Shown one piece after another: positions 1 to 10,218 of a stretch of 64,000 bases of DNA; the first letter of the stretch is position 1; the number at the start of each line of letters is the position of its first letter. The notes under the pieces are model-generated. The model had not been told where the DNA came from. It saw nothing but the letters and a program-made list of their open reading frames with translations, and ran no database searches. The translations under genes and the position numbers were made by a program. The DNA lies in contig CAXXJS010000019.1 in the NCBI GenBank assembly GCA_963662665.2, positions 23,450-87,449 of the forward strand. The letters run 5' to 3'. The DNA is from Candidatus Latescibacterota bacterium. Lineage in GTDB: Bacteria; Latescibacterota; UBA2968; GCA-2709665.

Positions 1-2
1 CG

Positions 3-227
3 CTTGTCCGGGGCATACCGTGCAAAATCAACGTAATACCATGGAATCCAATCGATGGCGCACCCTTTGAACGGCCACCCCAGGACGCCGTAAACCGGTT
101 TGTGGAGATCCTGAGGAACGCGCACCTGACAACAACCGTGCGGTACAGCAGGGGCGTGGATATTGCGGCAGGATGCGGGCAGCTCTATATCCATCCCGAT
201 GTGGTTCTGACGGCGCCCGAAGTCTGA
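3..227 (+). CDS. rlmN: 23S rRNA/tRNA m2A methyltransferase RlmN, 3' end only (cut by window edge)
   Basis: Manual translation of frame 3 gives KINVIPWNP...VRYSRGVDIAAGCGQL, the RlmN C-terminal motifs; stop TGA at 225-227. Confidence 0.85.
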   Translation, partial: LVRGIPCKINVIPWNPIDGAPFERPPQDAVNRFVEILRNAHLTTTVRYSRGVDIAAGCGQLYIHPDVVLTAPEV

Positions 228-293
228 ATGGCCGGGCACGCGGAGGTCGGGGTCCTGTCGCAGACGACCCGGTCGGCTGCGGCGAAAATTCCC

Positions 294-322
294 TTGATTT
301 TTCTCTAAAGATATGTTATAAT
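294..322 (+). promoter_or_regulatory. sigma-70 promoter for murA
   Basis: TTGATT-17 nt-TATAAT with TGn extended -10, in an AT-rich intergenic region. Confidence 0.7.
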
Positions 323-389
323 GTAACTTATATAGATGTATACACGTTATCCGTTCTCCTGATCGAGCGTCATCGGAGCGCGCGTTTTT

Positions 390-1682
390 ATGGAACAATT
401 CGTAATTGAAGGCGGGTTTCCACTCTCCGGAACAATCACGCCTTTCGGAAACAAGAATGCCGCGCTCACACTCCTTGCGGCAACGCTCTTGACGGACGAG
501 ACGGTGGTCTTGAAGAACGCCCCGCCCATCGGAGACGTACTTACCCTCATCAAACTCCTGCAGGACCTGGGTGTCTCGGTTCAACACACGAGCAGGGCCG
601 AACTGACCGCGTCCGCCGCTTCCCTTAGCAAGACCGCGCTAAATCCGGAGTTGTGCGGAAAGGCCCGGGGGAGCATTCTGCTTGCGGGGCCCCTCCTGGC
701 GCGACACGGCCGTGCGACAACGCCCAGGCCCGGGGGAGACAAGATCGGCCGGCGGCGCCTGGATACCCATCTACGGGCTCTGGAGGCCCTCGGCGCCCGT
801 ATCCACACCAATCATGTATACGAAATGCGGGCGCCGGACGGATTGAGGGGCGCAGACATTTTTCTGGATGAGCGGAGCGTGACCGGCACGGAGAACGTGA
901 TCATGGCTTCCACGTTGGCGGAAGGCACAACCGTCATCCGGAACGCGGCCTGTGAACCACACGTGCAGGAGTTGTGCCATCTGCTCAACGCCATGGGCGC
1001 CCGGATTTCAGGCGTGGGCACGAATGAGCTCACCATTGAAGGTGTAACGACGCTAGGTGGCGGCGAACACACCATCGGCCCGGATTACATGGAAGTGGGG
1101 AGCTTCATCGGCCTCGCGGCGGTAACCAACGGGGAGGTGCGGATCAGAGACGCCGCGCCGCATCATATGCGGCGTAGTCTGATGGTTTTCGAGCGGCTGG
1201 GCGTGGATGTGGTAGTTGACGGCGAGGACATTCTGGTTCCCGACAATCAAAGGCTGGAAATCGTCCGGGACGTTGGAGACGCGATCCCGAAGATTTTCGA
1301 CGATCCCTGGCCCGGTTTTCCCGCAGACCTGATGAGCATCGCGATTGTGGTGGCCACGCAGGCCCGGGGAACCGTCCTGTTTTTCGAAAAAATGTATGAG
1401 AGCCGGCTGTTCTGGCTGGATCGGTTAATTGAGATGGGAGCCGAGATTATCCTGTGCGACCCTCACCGGGCGGTTATCGTGGGGCCGTCGAAGCTATACG
1501 GTGAGCGGATAACGAGTCCCGATATCAGGGCCGGAATGGCGTTGCTGATTGCCAGCCTGTGCGCCGAAGGCCAGAGCGTTATCCGGAACATCGAGCAGAT
1601 AGATCGCGGGTACGATTCCATCGACGAGCGTCTTCGCGCGCTGGGCGCCCGGATCGAACGGGTTCCCGTTCCCCTGGAATAA
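390..1682 (+). CDS. murA: UDP-N-acetylglucosamine 1-carboxyvinyltransferase
   Basis: [16 protein letters not shown] (Asp at the position of the fosfomycin-reactive Cys), [26 protein letters not shown] motifs. Confidence 0.95.
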   Translation: MEQFVIEGGFPLSGTITPFGNKNAALTLLAATLLTDETVVLKNAPPIGDVLTLIKLLQDLGVSVQHTSRAELTASAASLSKTALNPELCGKARGSILLAGPLLARHGRATTPRPGGDKIGRRRLDTHLRALEALGARIHTNHVYEMRAPDGLRGADIFLDERSVTGTENVIMASTLAEGTTVIRNAACEPHVQELCHLLNAMGARISGVGTNELTIEGVTTLGGGEHTIGPDYMEVGSFIGLAAVTNGEVRIRDAAPHHMRRSLMVFERLGVDVVVDGEDILVPDNQRLEIVRDVGDAIPKIFDDPWPGFPADLMSIAIVVATQARGTVLFFEKMYESRLFWLDRLIEMGAEIILCDPHRAVIVGPSKLYGERITSPDIRAGMALLIASLCAEGQSVIRNIEQIDRGYDSIDERLRALGARIERVPVPLE

Positions 1683-1687
1683 ACGCA

Positions 1688-3055
1688 ATGGCATCTGCTC
1701 GCGATACGGCAATCGAAGTGGTTCGACGCCTCCACGCGCGGGGATTCCGGGCGTTGCTGGCCGGCGGGTGCGTCAGGGATATCCTGCTGGGGCTCGAACC
1801 CCGGGACTACGACGTCGCGACCGATGCCGATCCCCAGCAGGTGATCGGCATTTTTCAGCGCGCCCGGCCCGTTGGAGCGCACTTCGGTGTGGTTGAGGTG
1901 CGGCTGGGGGGACACGCCTTCGAGGTGGCACGTTTCCGGCGCGACCTGGGCTACAGTGACGGGCGTCATCCCGATGCGGTCGAATTTGCGGACGAAACCG
2001 AGGATGCCCGGCGTCGTGATTTTACCGTGAACGGAATGTTCTGGGACCCCCTTTCGGACCGGGTGCTGGATTACGTGGGCGGACAGGCGGATTTGAAGGA
2101 TAAAGTGATCCGGACTATTGGCGCGCCCGAGGACCGGTTCACGGAAGACCGCCTGCGAATGATGAGGGCGTTGCGGTTCGGCTGCCGCTTCCAATGGCGG
2201 ATCGACGGCGACACGTTTGCGGCGATTGGGCGTCTGAGTGAAAATCTCGAGGAGGTCAGCAAAGAACGCGTCCGGGACGAATTTGTGAACATCCTGACCG
2301 AGGGTGGCGCGCCTCTGGGGGTGCGGTGGCTGATTGATTCCGGGTTGATGAACGAGGTCGTACCAGAGGTGCTGGCGCTCGATTGCGTCGCCCAGCCGCC
2401 TGAGTTTCATCCCGAAGGCGACGTGCTGACCCACACGTTGATTATGCTGGGACTGATGCGCAGGCCGTCCCCGGAATTGGCCATGGCGGTGCTTCTGCAC
2501 GACGTGGGCAAGCCGAGTACGTTTAAATCAGCGGACCGTATTCGATTTGACAACCACGTCCGCGTGGGCGCCGAGATGACACAAGAGATATGTCACAGGT
2601 TGCGGTTTTCAGGGGAGGCGAGCCGTCACATCGTTCGACTGGTGGCGGACCATCACCGCTTTATGCACGTTCGGCAGATGCGGAGGAGCAAATTGAAGCG
2701 CTTTCTGCGCGTGGAACGATTCGACGAACACCTGGAACTGCATCGGGTCGACTGTTTGTCAAGCCACGGGAATCTGGACAATTACCGGTTCTGCCGGGAA
2801 GCCCTGGAAACATTGGAGCCCGAGGAGATTCGTCCGGAGCCGTTGATTACCGGCCGGGACCTTATCGCACTCGGGTACCCGCCCGGGCCGGCTTTCAAGA
2901 CCGCGCTGAGGGCGGTGGAAGACGGCCAGCTGGAAGGCCGCGTGAGAGACAGGGAAGGTGCGTTGCTGTTCGCCCGGAATCTGTTTGAACGTGGCGCGAC
3001 CTCCGAGTGCGCCAGGCCCGCCGAAAACGGATCCGCTGCACAACAGACGGGATAG
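1688..3055 (+). CDS. CCA tRNA nucleotidyltransferase with HD domain
   Basis: GGCVRD, DYDVAT, RRDFTVN, EDRLRMMRA, LLHDVGK; start moved to ATG 1688 just after the murA stop. Confidence 0.9.
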   Translation: MASARDTAIEVVRRLHARGFRALLAGGCVRDILLGLEPRDYDVATDADPQQVIGIFQRARPVGAHFGVVEVRLGGHAFEVARFRRDLGYSDGRHPDAVEFADETEDARRRDFTVNGMFWDPLSDRVLDYVGGQADLKDKVIRTIGAPEDRFTEDRLRMMRALRFGCRFQWRIDGDTFAAIGRLSENLEEVSKERVRDEFVNILTEGGAPLGVRWLIDSGLMNEVVPEVLALDCVAQPPEFHPEGDVLTHTLIMLGLMRRPSPELAMAVLLHDVGKPSTFKSADRIRFDNHVRVGAEMTQEICHRLRFSGEASRHIVRLVADHHRFMHVRQMRRSKLKRFLRVERFDEHLELHRVDCLSSHGNLDNYRFCREALETLEPEEIRPEPLITGRDLIALGYPPGPAFKTALRAVEDGQLEGRVRDREGALLFARNLFERGATSECARPAENGSAAQQTG

Positions 3056-3216
3056 CGGCCCCTGGAGGCAAAAAACCGAAGGGTGTGGCCTCCTGGCTGG
3101 CACACGATTTGTCGCGTCGGCCGGCACGTTGGGAACCATTGCCGGGCAGGGGCGTTTCCAGATTGAGAGGCCCGATGCAATTACCCGTTTCGCACCCACT
3201 TCTATACAGGTGTCCG

Positions 3217-3792
3217 ATGCCAGGTCTGATCCGATCCGTTTTGACCATTGCAATTGTGTCCGTCTGGTCTGCGCAGCTTCAGGCGACAACTGTGGTGCGG
3301 TTCGCATTCGACTCGCTGTGTGAAAAAGCGGAGACGATCGCCCACGTTCAGTGTGTTTCTCGCAACAGCTTTATGGATGACGGCCGTGGAGAAATTGTAA
3401 CCCGGCACCGTTTCAGGGTAATCACACCCGTCAAGGGCAGTCCGGGCGGCGAGATCGTCCTCACGCTTCCGGGTGGCACCGTCGACGGCCGTCGGCTTTA
3501 CATACCGGGCATTCCCGAGTTCGAATTAGATGAAGAGGTCGTTCTATTTCTTACTTCCCCTGACAGGCATGGATCGGCATGGCCCCTGGGACTCGGACAG
3601 GGCTGCTATCGCGTACCCGAAACACACGAGGGCCCCGCACAGGTCAGGATGCAGCCAGGTACCACGCCTCTGCCCGCGGGGGCACTGTTCAAGCCTGCGC
3701 TCAACAGACCCTCCCGACCCTTCAATGTGCCGCTCCAGCGGTTCCTCCATCAGATTCTGCTGACGATTCCGGAATCATCCGACGAACGGTGA
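3217..3792 (+). CDS. secreted hypothetical protein
   Basis: Signal-like N-terminus ending LQA-TTV; PGG.V.G, P.F..DEEVVLFL and GLGQG pattern of a conserved uncharacterised family. Confidence 0.6.
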   Translation: MPGLIRSVLTIAIVSVWSAQLQATTVVRFAFDSLCEKAETIAHVQCVSRNSFMDDGRGEIVTRHRFRVITPVKGSPGGEIVLTLPGGTVDGRRLYIPGIPEFELDEEVVLFLTSPDRHGSAWPLGLGQGCYRVPETHEGPAQVRMQPGTTPLPAGALFKPALNRPSRPFNVPLQRFLHQILLTIPESSDER

Positions 3793-4109
3793 ACTGCCGA
3801 AGACGGTCCATCGTCGTTTCAAGGATTGCCGAAACCCGTACCGGAGAGCGACATCCGAATTCGCTGGAAGTTTTTTGAGATAGACGATTATCACGGGATC
3901 CAGGGAGAGAATCCTCGTCTTCCACTTCGGATCCTTTTTTATTTCTCTTGACTTTGATCCGGCATTTTTGCATCATATTTGCGTCGTTTATGTGCACGAT
4001 GTTGCGCGTGTAAGATTATGAATTTAAGTGACTTTGGTACTTTTGGCATGCTTCGAGGGCGGCGTAATGCCCTTTTTTTATTGGATTCGAACCGCAAGGA
4101 GGGGTCGTC

Positions 4110-5303
4110 ATGTTCAAGTTGCATTTTGACATTCGGGATATCTTTCGGGTGGTTCGGCTCGGATGGTCCGGCAAGAAGATCTGGGTGGGCTTGTGCGGCA
4201 CCCTGATCGCCTATGCCGGATATTCCATCCTGGCCATCGCCGACCACCTTCTGGCCGGGGCCACGATGGGAGAGCTCTGGCAACGGTACGGACTTTTCCC
4301 GGCGCCTGCTCCGTTTCCTGCCACACTGTCGGGTGCGGCCATCGACGTGGTTGCGATGCTTTACGCCTGGGTTGTGGTTTTTTTAACGGTGTGCATGATC
4401 TGCAAGATCACCTACCAGCAACTGAAGGGTGACGATTTTTATTCGTCGGGCGACGCATTCGCTTTCATCAGACAGAACTGGAGCGGCGTCGTATGGGGGC
4501 CGGTAGCCACGCTGGCGCTGTTGATATTCTTTATAATAGCCGGCATTGTTCTCGGATGGCTGGCAGGGATGATTCCCTGGGCGGGAGAATTGGCATTCGG
4601 GATTTTCTTCATTCCGATCTTCTTTGCCGCGCTGGTTGCTGTCTTTATATCCATCGCGTTTGTCGTGTCCGTTACCATGTCACCGGCGGTCGTGGGAACA
4701 GTGGGCGAGGACGCGCTCGAGGTGGCCATCCAGTCCTTTTCATTGGCCTGGAGCCAACCCTGGCGGCTGGTATTGTACATGCTTTGGATGAAGATTTCCG
4801 TCTTTGCAGGTTCTGTTTTGCTGGGATTTTTTATGGCGTCCGCCATGGGGTTGGTCACCTGGGCCTGCGGCCTGTTCATGAAGGAAAAGCTTGCCAATCT
4901 GGTCTACGTGGCGGGCCAATACGTTCCGTTTGATTTCACCCGGTTTGATTGGTTGTTCACGGACATTACGGTTTTTCTGCCGCCGGCAGGCACCCCTTCC
5001 GCTTCCGAACTGCTGGCTGGCGGAATTCTTGGCGTAATGTTGATTCTACTCACTGTAGTCTTCAGTTCTTACGTGTTGTCCGCCTATGCTTCGGGAATCA
5101 GCCTGATTTACGTAATTCTTCGGAAACGCAAGGACGACGAGAATTTGCTCGAGTGGGACGATGACGAGGCGGAAGAAGATGAGGAACACCCAGCAGAAGC
5201 GGAGGCGCCGGGGAACGGAGGAGAGGAGACCGGCGAGGGCGCGTCCGTGGAATCGGAGAACGGAGACGGTGAGTCGTCGGACACGCAAGCCAAACAGGAA
5301 TGA
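4110..5303 (+). CDS. multi-pass membrane protein with acidic C-terminal tail
   Basis: RBS AAGGAGG; several hydrophobic segments; D/E-rich tail. Confidence 0.75.
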   Translation: MFKLHFDIRDIFRVVRLGWSGKKIWVGLCGTLIAYAGYSILAIADHLLAGATMGELWQRYGLFPAPAPFPATLSGAAIDVVAMLYAWVVVFLTVCMICKITYQQLKGDDFYSSGDAFAFIRQNWSGVVWGPVATLALLIFFIIAGIVLGWLAGMIPWAGELAFGIFFIPIFFAALVAVFISIAFVVSVTMSPAVVGTVGEDALEVAIQSFSLAWSQPWRLVLYMLWMKISVFAGSVLLGFFMASAMGLVTWACGLFMKEKLANLVYVAGQYVPFDFTRFDWLFTDITVFLPPAGTPSASELLAGGILGVMLILLTVVFSSYVLSAYASGISLIYVILRKRKDDENLLEWDDDEAEEDEEHPAEAEAPGNGGEETGEGASVESENGDGESSDTQAKQE

Positions 5304-5334
5304 AAACCGGCATACCGGAAATGTAATTGCCGAT

Positions 5335-6318
5335 GTGGCGGCCGATGCGCGCCTGGCCGAAGGTCCGGAAGGCGTTCGTCGTATCTTGAGAGCCATTTAC
5401 CGTGCGGGAACGCTGCCGATTCGCGACCTGTCGCGGCAGACGGGTCTGCCGGTTCCGGTGGTGGCGGCGGTTCGAGGCGAGTTGGAAACAAGGGGTTGGG
5501 TGGAGAGGCGAGGGGGCGCTGTGCTGTCCATCGCCGGTCGGAATGCGGTTGAAAAACAGTTGGGTCTGGGTTGCCGGCGGCGTTTCGAGAGGCCCGTCTT
5601 TCCCATGCTGGACGACGAGATGCGGGCGTTGCGCTCTCGGATGGAGGCATTTGGTACACAAAGGCCTGCTGTCGACGTTCGGCTGGATCAATCCCATGCC
5701 ACGGCGGAAACCGCGTTGCGGCGCGCCGTATATCTGTATGAAAACGACGGGCTTGAAGGCCGCGACATCCTGATTCTCGGTGACGACGACCTGACTTCTC
5801 TGGCAATCGGGCTTCTGGCGGACTTCCTGGGGATTTCAGTTCGCAGCGTGGTGGTGCTCGAATGCGACCCGCGTCTGGTGGTCTATCTGAACGCCGCGTC
5901 GCGACAAACGGGACAGGCCGTCGAAGCTCTCGAACACGATTTGAGGTCGGAACTGCCCTGCGATCTGTCCGCCGGTTTCGATCTGTTTTTCACCGATCCA
6001 CCCTATACGCTTGCGGGATTGTCCCTGTTCGTGTCCCGAGGCGCATCCGGGCTTCGGCCGGAGGTGGGCAAGCAGGGATTTATCTGCTTCGGAAACCGCA
6101 GGCCCGAGGAGACTGCAGCGGCCGTGAGTACAATCACGGACACCGGACTGGCGCCCGTCGAGATCGTTCCGGATTTCAATCGGTACGTTGGCGCGCAGAT
6201 GCTGGCCGGTGTCAGTCACATGATTCGTACGGTGGCGACGGCACGGCTGACCCCCCGTGTCCGTGGTTTCTATGAGGGTACGCTTTACACGGCCGACCGA
6301 ACACGGAAGACGGGATGA
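5335..6318 (+). CDS. branched-chain polyamine synthase (BpsA/DUF43-like) with N-terminal HTH
   Basis: LDQSHAT, LGDDDLTSLA, FFTDPPYT motifs; start uncertain (GTG 5335, or ATG 5300 with an indel). Confidence 0.8.
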   Translation: MAADARLAEGPEGVRRILRAIYRAGTLPIRDLSRQTGLPVPVVAAVRGELETRGWVERRGGAVLSIAGRNAVEKQLGLGCRRRFERPVFPMLDDEMRALRSRMEAFGTQRPAVDVRLDQSHATAETALRRAVYLYENDGLEGRDILILGDDDLTSLAIGLLADFLGISVRSVVVLECDPRLVVYLNAASRQTGQAVEALEHDLRSELPCDLSAGFDLFFTDPPYTLAGLSLFVSRGASGLRPEVGKQGFICFGNRRPEETAAAVSTITDTGLAPVEIVPDFNRYVGAQMLAGVSHMIRTVATARLTPRVRGFYEGTLYTADRTRKTG

Positions 6319-7223
6319 ACCTGCCGTTCGAAGCCGAACCCATTCACCCGCGGCATACGCGCCGATTGCAGGAGATATTCGCGTCCGCCCTGAAGAACGC
6401 GTGGTGTTACTACGCCCCCTTTCTTTGTTGTTTCAGCCTGCCTCCGGCACGGGAGGTGTTCGTGGCGGAACACGGAGGCGCGCTTTGGCTTCCCGTGCGT
6501 CGCGCCGCCGGAAATGGCCGCGTCTGGTTCGATCTGGTCGTACCTCCAATTCCAATGTCGCCTGAACCACTCGCTTCGATGCTGGACGAAATGCGTTTAA
6601 TAAACGGCGGCCGTTGTCCGCGCATTTTGTGGCTTGATGATGCGGACAGACGGCGCCTGCCGCCGGGCCGGCTGGAGGTCCGGATCAAGTCGCACGAATA
6701 TCTGTACGATCCCTTGAAGGTCGTGGCGGCCACTGGACGGCCGTACCGGGACCTGCGCAAGAAACTGAGGCGATTCCGACGGGAGGCGGATCCGCATTTT
6801 CGGGAGATGACGCCAGCCGACGTCCCGGCATGTCAGGCGCTTCTGCGACATTGGCGGAAACGGCAGGGGCGCAGGAGGGATTTCCTCCTGGACTGGGGAT
6901 ATACCCGGTCGGCGTTATCGATGTACGGACACTGGACTTCCGAGGAACTTCAGGGCTGGTGCGTGGCGTTGGAGGATCAGGTCGCGGCATTTGCAATCGC
7001 CGGGCGGATGCACGCGGGGATGGCCAACTTCTTTATCGCGAAGACCGACCCCGACGTCCCCGGATTGTCGGAATATTTGCGAACGGAGGTCTATCGGGCC
7101 TTGATGGATTACGATTGTGTCAATGACGCCGGTGACCTGGGGCTGCCGGGGTTGCGTCAGCACAAACGAAAATTCCGGCCCGTCGAGCGGATTCCGGTAT
7201 ACAGCGCGTCGTTTTCGGATTGA
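6315..7223 (+). CDS. DUF2156 / phosphatidylglycerol-lysyltransferase-like (GNAT fold) protein
   Basis: EYLYD, FIAKTDPDVPGLSEY, VNDAGDLGLPGLRQHKRKFRP; ATGA overlap with the upstream stop. Confidence 0.75.
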   Translation: MNLPFEAEPIHPRHTRRLQEIFASALKNAWCYYAPFLCCFSLPPAREVFVAEHGGALWLPVRRAAGNGRVWFDLVVPPIPMSPEPLASMLDEMRLINGGRCPRILWLDDADRRRLPPGRLEVRIKSHEYLYDPLKVVAATGRPYRDLRKKLRRFRREADPHFREMTPADVPACQALLRHWRKRQGRRRDFLLDWGYTRSALSMYGHWTSEELQGWCVALEDQVAAFAIAGRMHAGMANFFIAKTDPDVPGLSEYLRTEVYRALMDYDCVNDAGDLGLPGLRQHKRKFRPVERIPVYSASFSD

Positions 7224-7315
7224 CGGCCGTTTTTGCGCCAGTCCACGCTGGCCGGATCGAGCGCCGGCAAAACCGGCAGGTTGCATTAAACCTTTCCGAA
7301 TCAAGGAGGCGGTTC

Positions 7316-7945
7316 TTGAAGGCAGCGAAAGCAACCAATATTGTGTGGCATGAAGGCCATGTGAGTCGCCCGGAGCGGGAGCGTCTGTTGGCGCAGGCGG
7401 GGTGCCTGGTGTGGTTAACCGGTCTGCCTTCCTCCGGGAAAAGCACCATTGCGTTTACGGTTGAGCACGCGCTGATTGCGAGAGGACGGATGGCATATGT
7501 GCTGGATGGAGACAATATCCGGCACGGGCTCAACAGGAACCTGGGTTTTTCGGCCGAGGACAGGGCCGAGAATATACGCCGTATCGGCGAGGTCGGAAAA
7601 CTCTTTGTGGACGCCGGAATCCTTACGATAAGCAGTTTCGTGAGTCCGTACAGGAAAGACAGGGACGGCGTTCGCGGAATGCTGGACCCGGGAGACTTCC
7701 TGGAAGTTTTCATCGATACGCCGATCGAGGTCTGCGAAGAAAGGGACCCCAAGGGACTCTACAAAAAGGCGCGGGCCGGCGAGATACCGGATTTCACCGG
7801 GGTCTCGGACCCGTACGAGCCGCCGGAGAATCCTGAACTCGTTATAATGGCTGCCGAGTGTTCTCCCCGGGCGGCGGCACGGCAGATTCTCGATCTGCTT
7901 GCGTCGCATGGCAGGATTTCGAAGTCGGCCGGGCGCGAGCCGTGA
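7316..7945 (+). CDS. cysC: adenylyl-sulfate kinase
   Basis: WLTGLPSSGKST, LDGDNIRHGLN, RDPKGLYKKA; RBS AAGGAGG before TTG 7316. Confidence 0.95.
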   Translation: MKAAKATNIVWHEGHVSRPERERLLAQAGCLVWLTGLPSSGKSTIAFTVEHALIARGRMAYVLDGDNIRHGLNRNLGFSAEDRAENIRRIGEVGKLFVDAGILTISSFVSPYRKDRDGVRGMLDPGDFLEVFIDTPIEVCEERDPKGLYKKARAGEIPDFTGVSDPYEPPENPELVIMAAECSPRAAARQILDLLASHGRISKSAGREP

Positions 7946-9318
7946 CGTCGCTCGAAGGGCGCCGTGTGCTCGTCATGGGCCTGGGGTTGTTCGGCGGCGG
8001 CGTCGGTGCGGTGCGGTTTCTGTGCAGCGAGGGAGCGCGGGTGACCGTAACCGATCTACGACCCGCAGAGGCGCTGCGGGAGTCGCTTTCGGCACTGGAG
8101 TCGCTGCCAGTTGTCTACCGCCTGGGCGGACACGAGGCGTCGGACTTCGGGGAGGCGGATCTTGTCGTGGCCAATCCCGGCGTTCCCCGGACATCCCGGT
8201 TCCTGAGTATAGCCAGGGAAAAGGGAATCCCCGTAACAACGGAGATATGCCTCTTTATCGAACGTTGTAGAGCGCCGGTCGTTGGGGTTACGGGCAGCAG
8301 CGGAAAGACAACGACCACGTCGCTTGTCGGAGAGATGATGCGATGCAAGACGCCGGCGACGATGGTAGGCGGAAATATCGGGGGGTCCCTGCTGGATCGG
8401 CTGGAGGAGATCACCCCGGACACTCGGGTTGTCCTTGAATTGTCCAGCTTTCAACTCGACCGTCTGACCGAACTGAAATGGAGTCCGCAAACTGCCGTCA
8501 TAACGAATTTTGCCCCCAATCACCTGGATATCCACGGTTCATTGGAGGCCTACAAACAGGCGAAACGGCAGATCATCGCCCATCAGGGAGCGGATGACGT
8601 CGTGGTATTGAATGGAGACGACCCGGAAATCCGGCAGTGGTCAGGGGGCGGGCGCCGTATCGTCTTCAGCACGAAACGGACGTTGGGGTGCGACGTCTAC
8701 CTGGACGACGGGGATTTAAAACACAGGGTTGGCCATTCCGAAAAAACCGTCTGTCCGGCCGATGCGTTGGCATTGCCAGGCCGGCATAATCTTGCGAACG
8801 CGATGGCCGCCTGCGGCGCGGCGCTTTACAACGGCGTGCCGGAAGCTGATATTGCAACCGTCCTCCGTACGTTCAATGGTATGCCGCACCGGCTTGAGCG
8901 TGTGGCGGAAATCGGAGGTGTCACGTATTATAACGATTCGATTGCGACGAGTCCGGATCGCACGCAGGTGGCGCTTGCGGCCCTGCCCCCGGGTGTGGTG
9001 TTGATCGCGGGGGGATACGACAAGGGTCTCGCATACGACGCGCTTGGTTCCGATATTGGACGCAGAGTGTCGTATCTGATCCTGACGGGCCGGTCGTCGG
9101 ACGCGATAGCGGCTTCGGTACCGGCCGGATCCCCAACCCGTGTCGTGCGGGTGGATTCACTGGACGACGCCGTGTCTGCCGCGGCGCGGAGGTCAGGGTC
9201 GGGCAATACCGTGTTGTTCTCTCCGGCGTCTGCCAGCTATGACCGCTTCAGGAATTTCGAAGAGCGAGGTGACCGGTTCAGAACGCTCGTTATGGATATG
9301 AGGGGTTCCGATGTCTGA
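7942..9318 (+). CDS. murD: UDP-N-acetylmuramoyl-L-alanine--D-glutamate ligase
   Basis: GVTGSSGKTTT, ELSSFQL, NHLD, YNDSIAT, SPASASYD.FRNFEERG. Confidence 0.92.
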   Translation: MTSLEGRRVLVMGLGLFGGGVGAVRFLCSEGARVTVTDLRPAEALRESLSALESLPVVYRLGGHEASDFGEADLVVANPGVPRTSRFLSIAREKGIPVTTEICLFIERCRAPVVGVTGSSGKTTTTSLVGEMMRCKTPATMVGGNIGGSLLDRLEEITPDTRVVLELSSFQLDRLTELKWSPQTAVITNFAPNHLDIHGSLEAYKQAKRQIIAHQGADDVVVLNGDDPEIRQWSGGGRRIVFSTKRTLGCDVYLDDGDLKHRVGHSEKTVCPADALALPGRHNLANAMAACGAALYNGVPEADIATVLRTFNGMPHRLERVAEIGGVTYYNDSIATSPDRTQVALAALPPGVVLIAGGYDKGLAYDALGSDIGRRVSYLILTGRSSDAIAASVPAGSPTRVVRVDSLDDAVSAAARRSGSGNTVLFSPASASYDRFRNFEERGDRFRTLVMDMRGSDV

Positions 9319-10150
9319 AATAATCGACCTGCGGTCCGTCGCACCAACCGTTGCCCGTGTACTCAACGTGCCCCCGCCCGGCGGCGCGGAGGCTGCGCCA
9401 ATTGCGGAAGTCGTGGAGACACTGCATGCCGCCGACAGGCTCGCGTTGGTGGTGGTTGACGGTTTCGGCTCGTCGTTGTGGGCGTATGTACGCGACGCCG
9501 TTCCGATATTGAACCGGATTGCCGAGCTTCGGCACCTCGAGATCCAATCCGTGCTGCCGTCGATGACCTATATCTGCATATCGACGATGTTGACCGGCGT
9601 GTCTCCATCCTCGCACGGCGTCACGGATTTACAGTCCATGATCCTCGCCACGCGTTCCGCCGATCCGGATACCGTCTTCAACCGGGTGAGAGACGCTGGC
9701 GGACAAACGTTGATGGCCGTGCACAAGCGGGACGTGGAGGGGCTGGATATAGAGCGATTCGCCGACCGAACGGTACTGGCCGAAGAGCGGAACGATCTGG
9801 AGATATATGGCAGGGTTCCAGGTTTAATCGTTGAAAACTCGCCCACGTTCGCGTTTGTACACCTGCTGGACATCGACGAAGCCGGTCACAGATACGGTCC
9901 TTACACGCCGGAGGTCCGGCAGTCCGCCATAGAGATGGACCGGCATCTGAAGGGCCTGCTGGCCTGTCTTGCAACCGCCGGATACGCAACAATGATCCTG
10001 GCGGATCACGGAATGCACGAGTCTCCTCGGGGAGCTTCCGATGCGGAGGGGAATCGGGGAATGCACGATGGTTCGGTTCCTGAGGACTTGCTCATTCCAC
10101 TGCTGTGGGCGACGGCGGAAGAACTGGGTGATATTGTTAATGGCGGTTAG
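9311..10150 (+). CDS. alkaline phosphatase superfamily metalloenzyme
   Basis: VVDG, PSMT nucleophile region, DEAGH, ADHG, GMH metal ligands. Confidence 0.8.
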   Translation: MSEIIDLRSVAPTVARVLNVPPPGGAEAAPIAEVVETLHAADRLALVVVDGFGSSLWAYVRDAVPILNRIAELRHLEIQSVLPSMTYICISTMLTGVSPSSHGVTDLQSMILATRSADPDTVFNRVRDAGGQTLMAVHKRDVEGLDIERFADRTVLAEERNDLEIYGRVPGLIVENSPTFAFVHLLDIDEAGHRYGPYTPEVRQSAIEMDRHLKGLLACLATAGYATMILADHGMHESPRGASDAEGNRGMHDGSVPEDLLIPLLWATAEELGDIVNGG

Positions 10151-10158
10151 TTATGAGA

Positions 10159-10191
10159 TTGAGGCCGGACGTTCCACCCGTCCGGCCTCAA
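10159..10191. terminator. hairpin between convergent genes, probable bidirectional terminator
   Basis: TTGAGGCCGGAC...GTCCGGCCTCAA perfect 12-bp inverted repeat. Confidence 0.7.
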
Positions 10192-10218
10192 GTTTCCTGC
10201 CCGTTGTACGGTCTCTGT

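Noticed and set aside
3098-3112. sigma-54-like site TGGCACACGATTTGT
   Set aside because: The -12 element is GT rather than the near-invariant GC
3790-3951. Open frame continuing after the TGA of the 3217 gene (possible read-through)
   Set aside because: No redox-motif context or matching hairpin, and the extension runs through a terminator-like region
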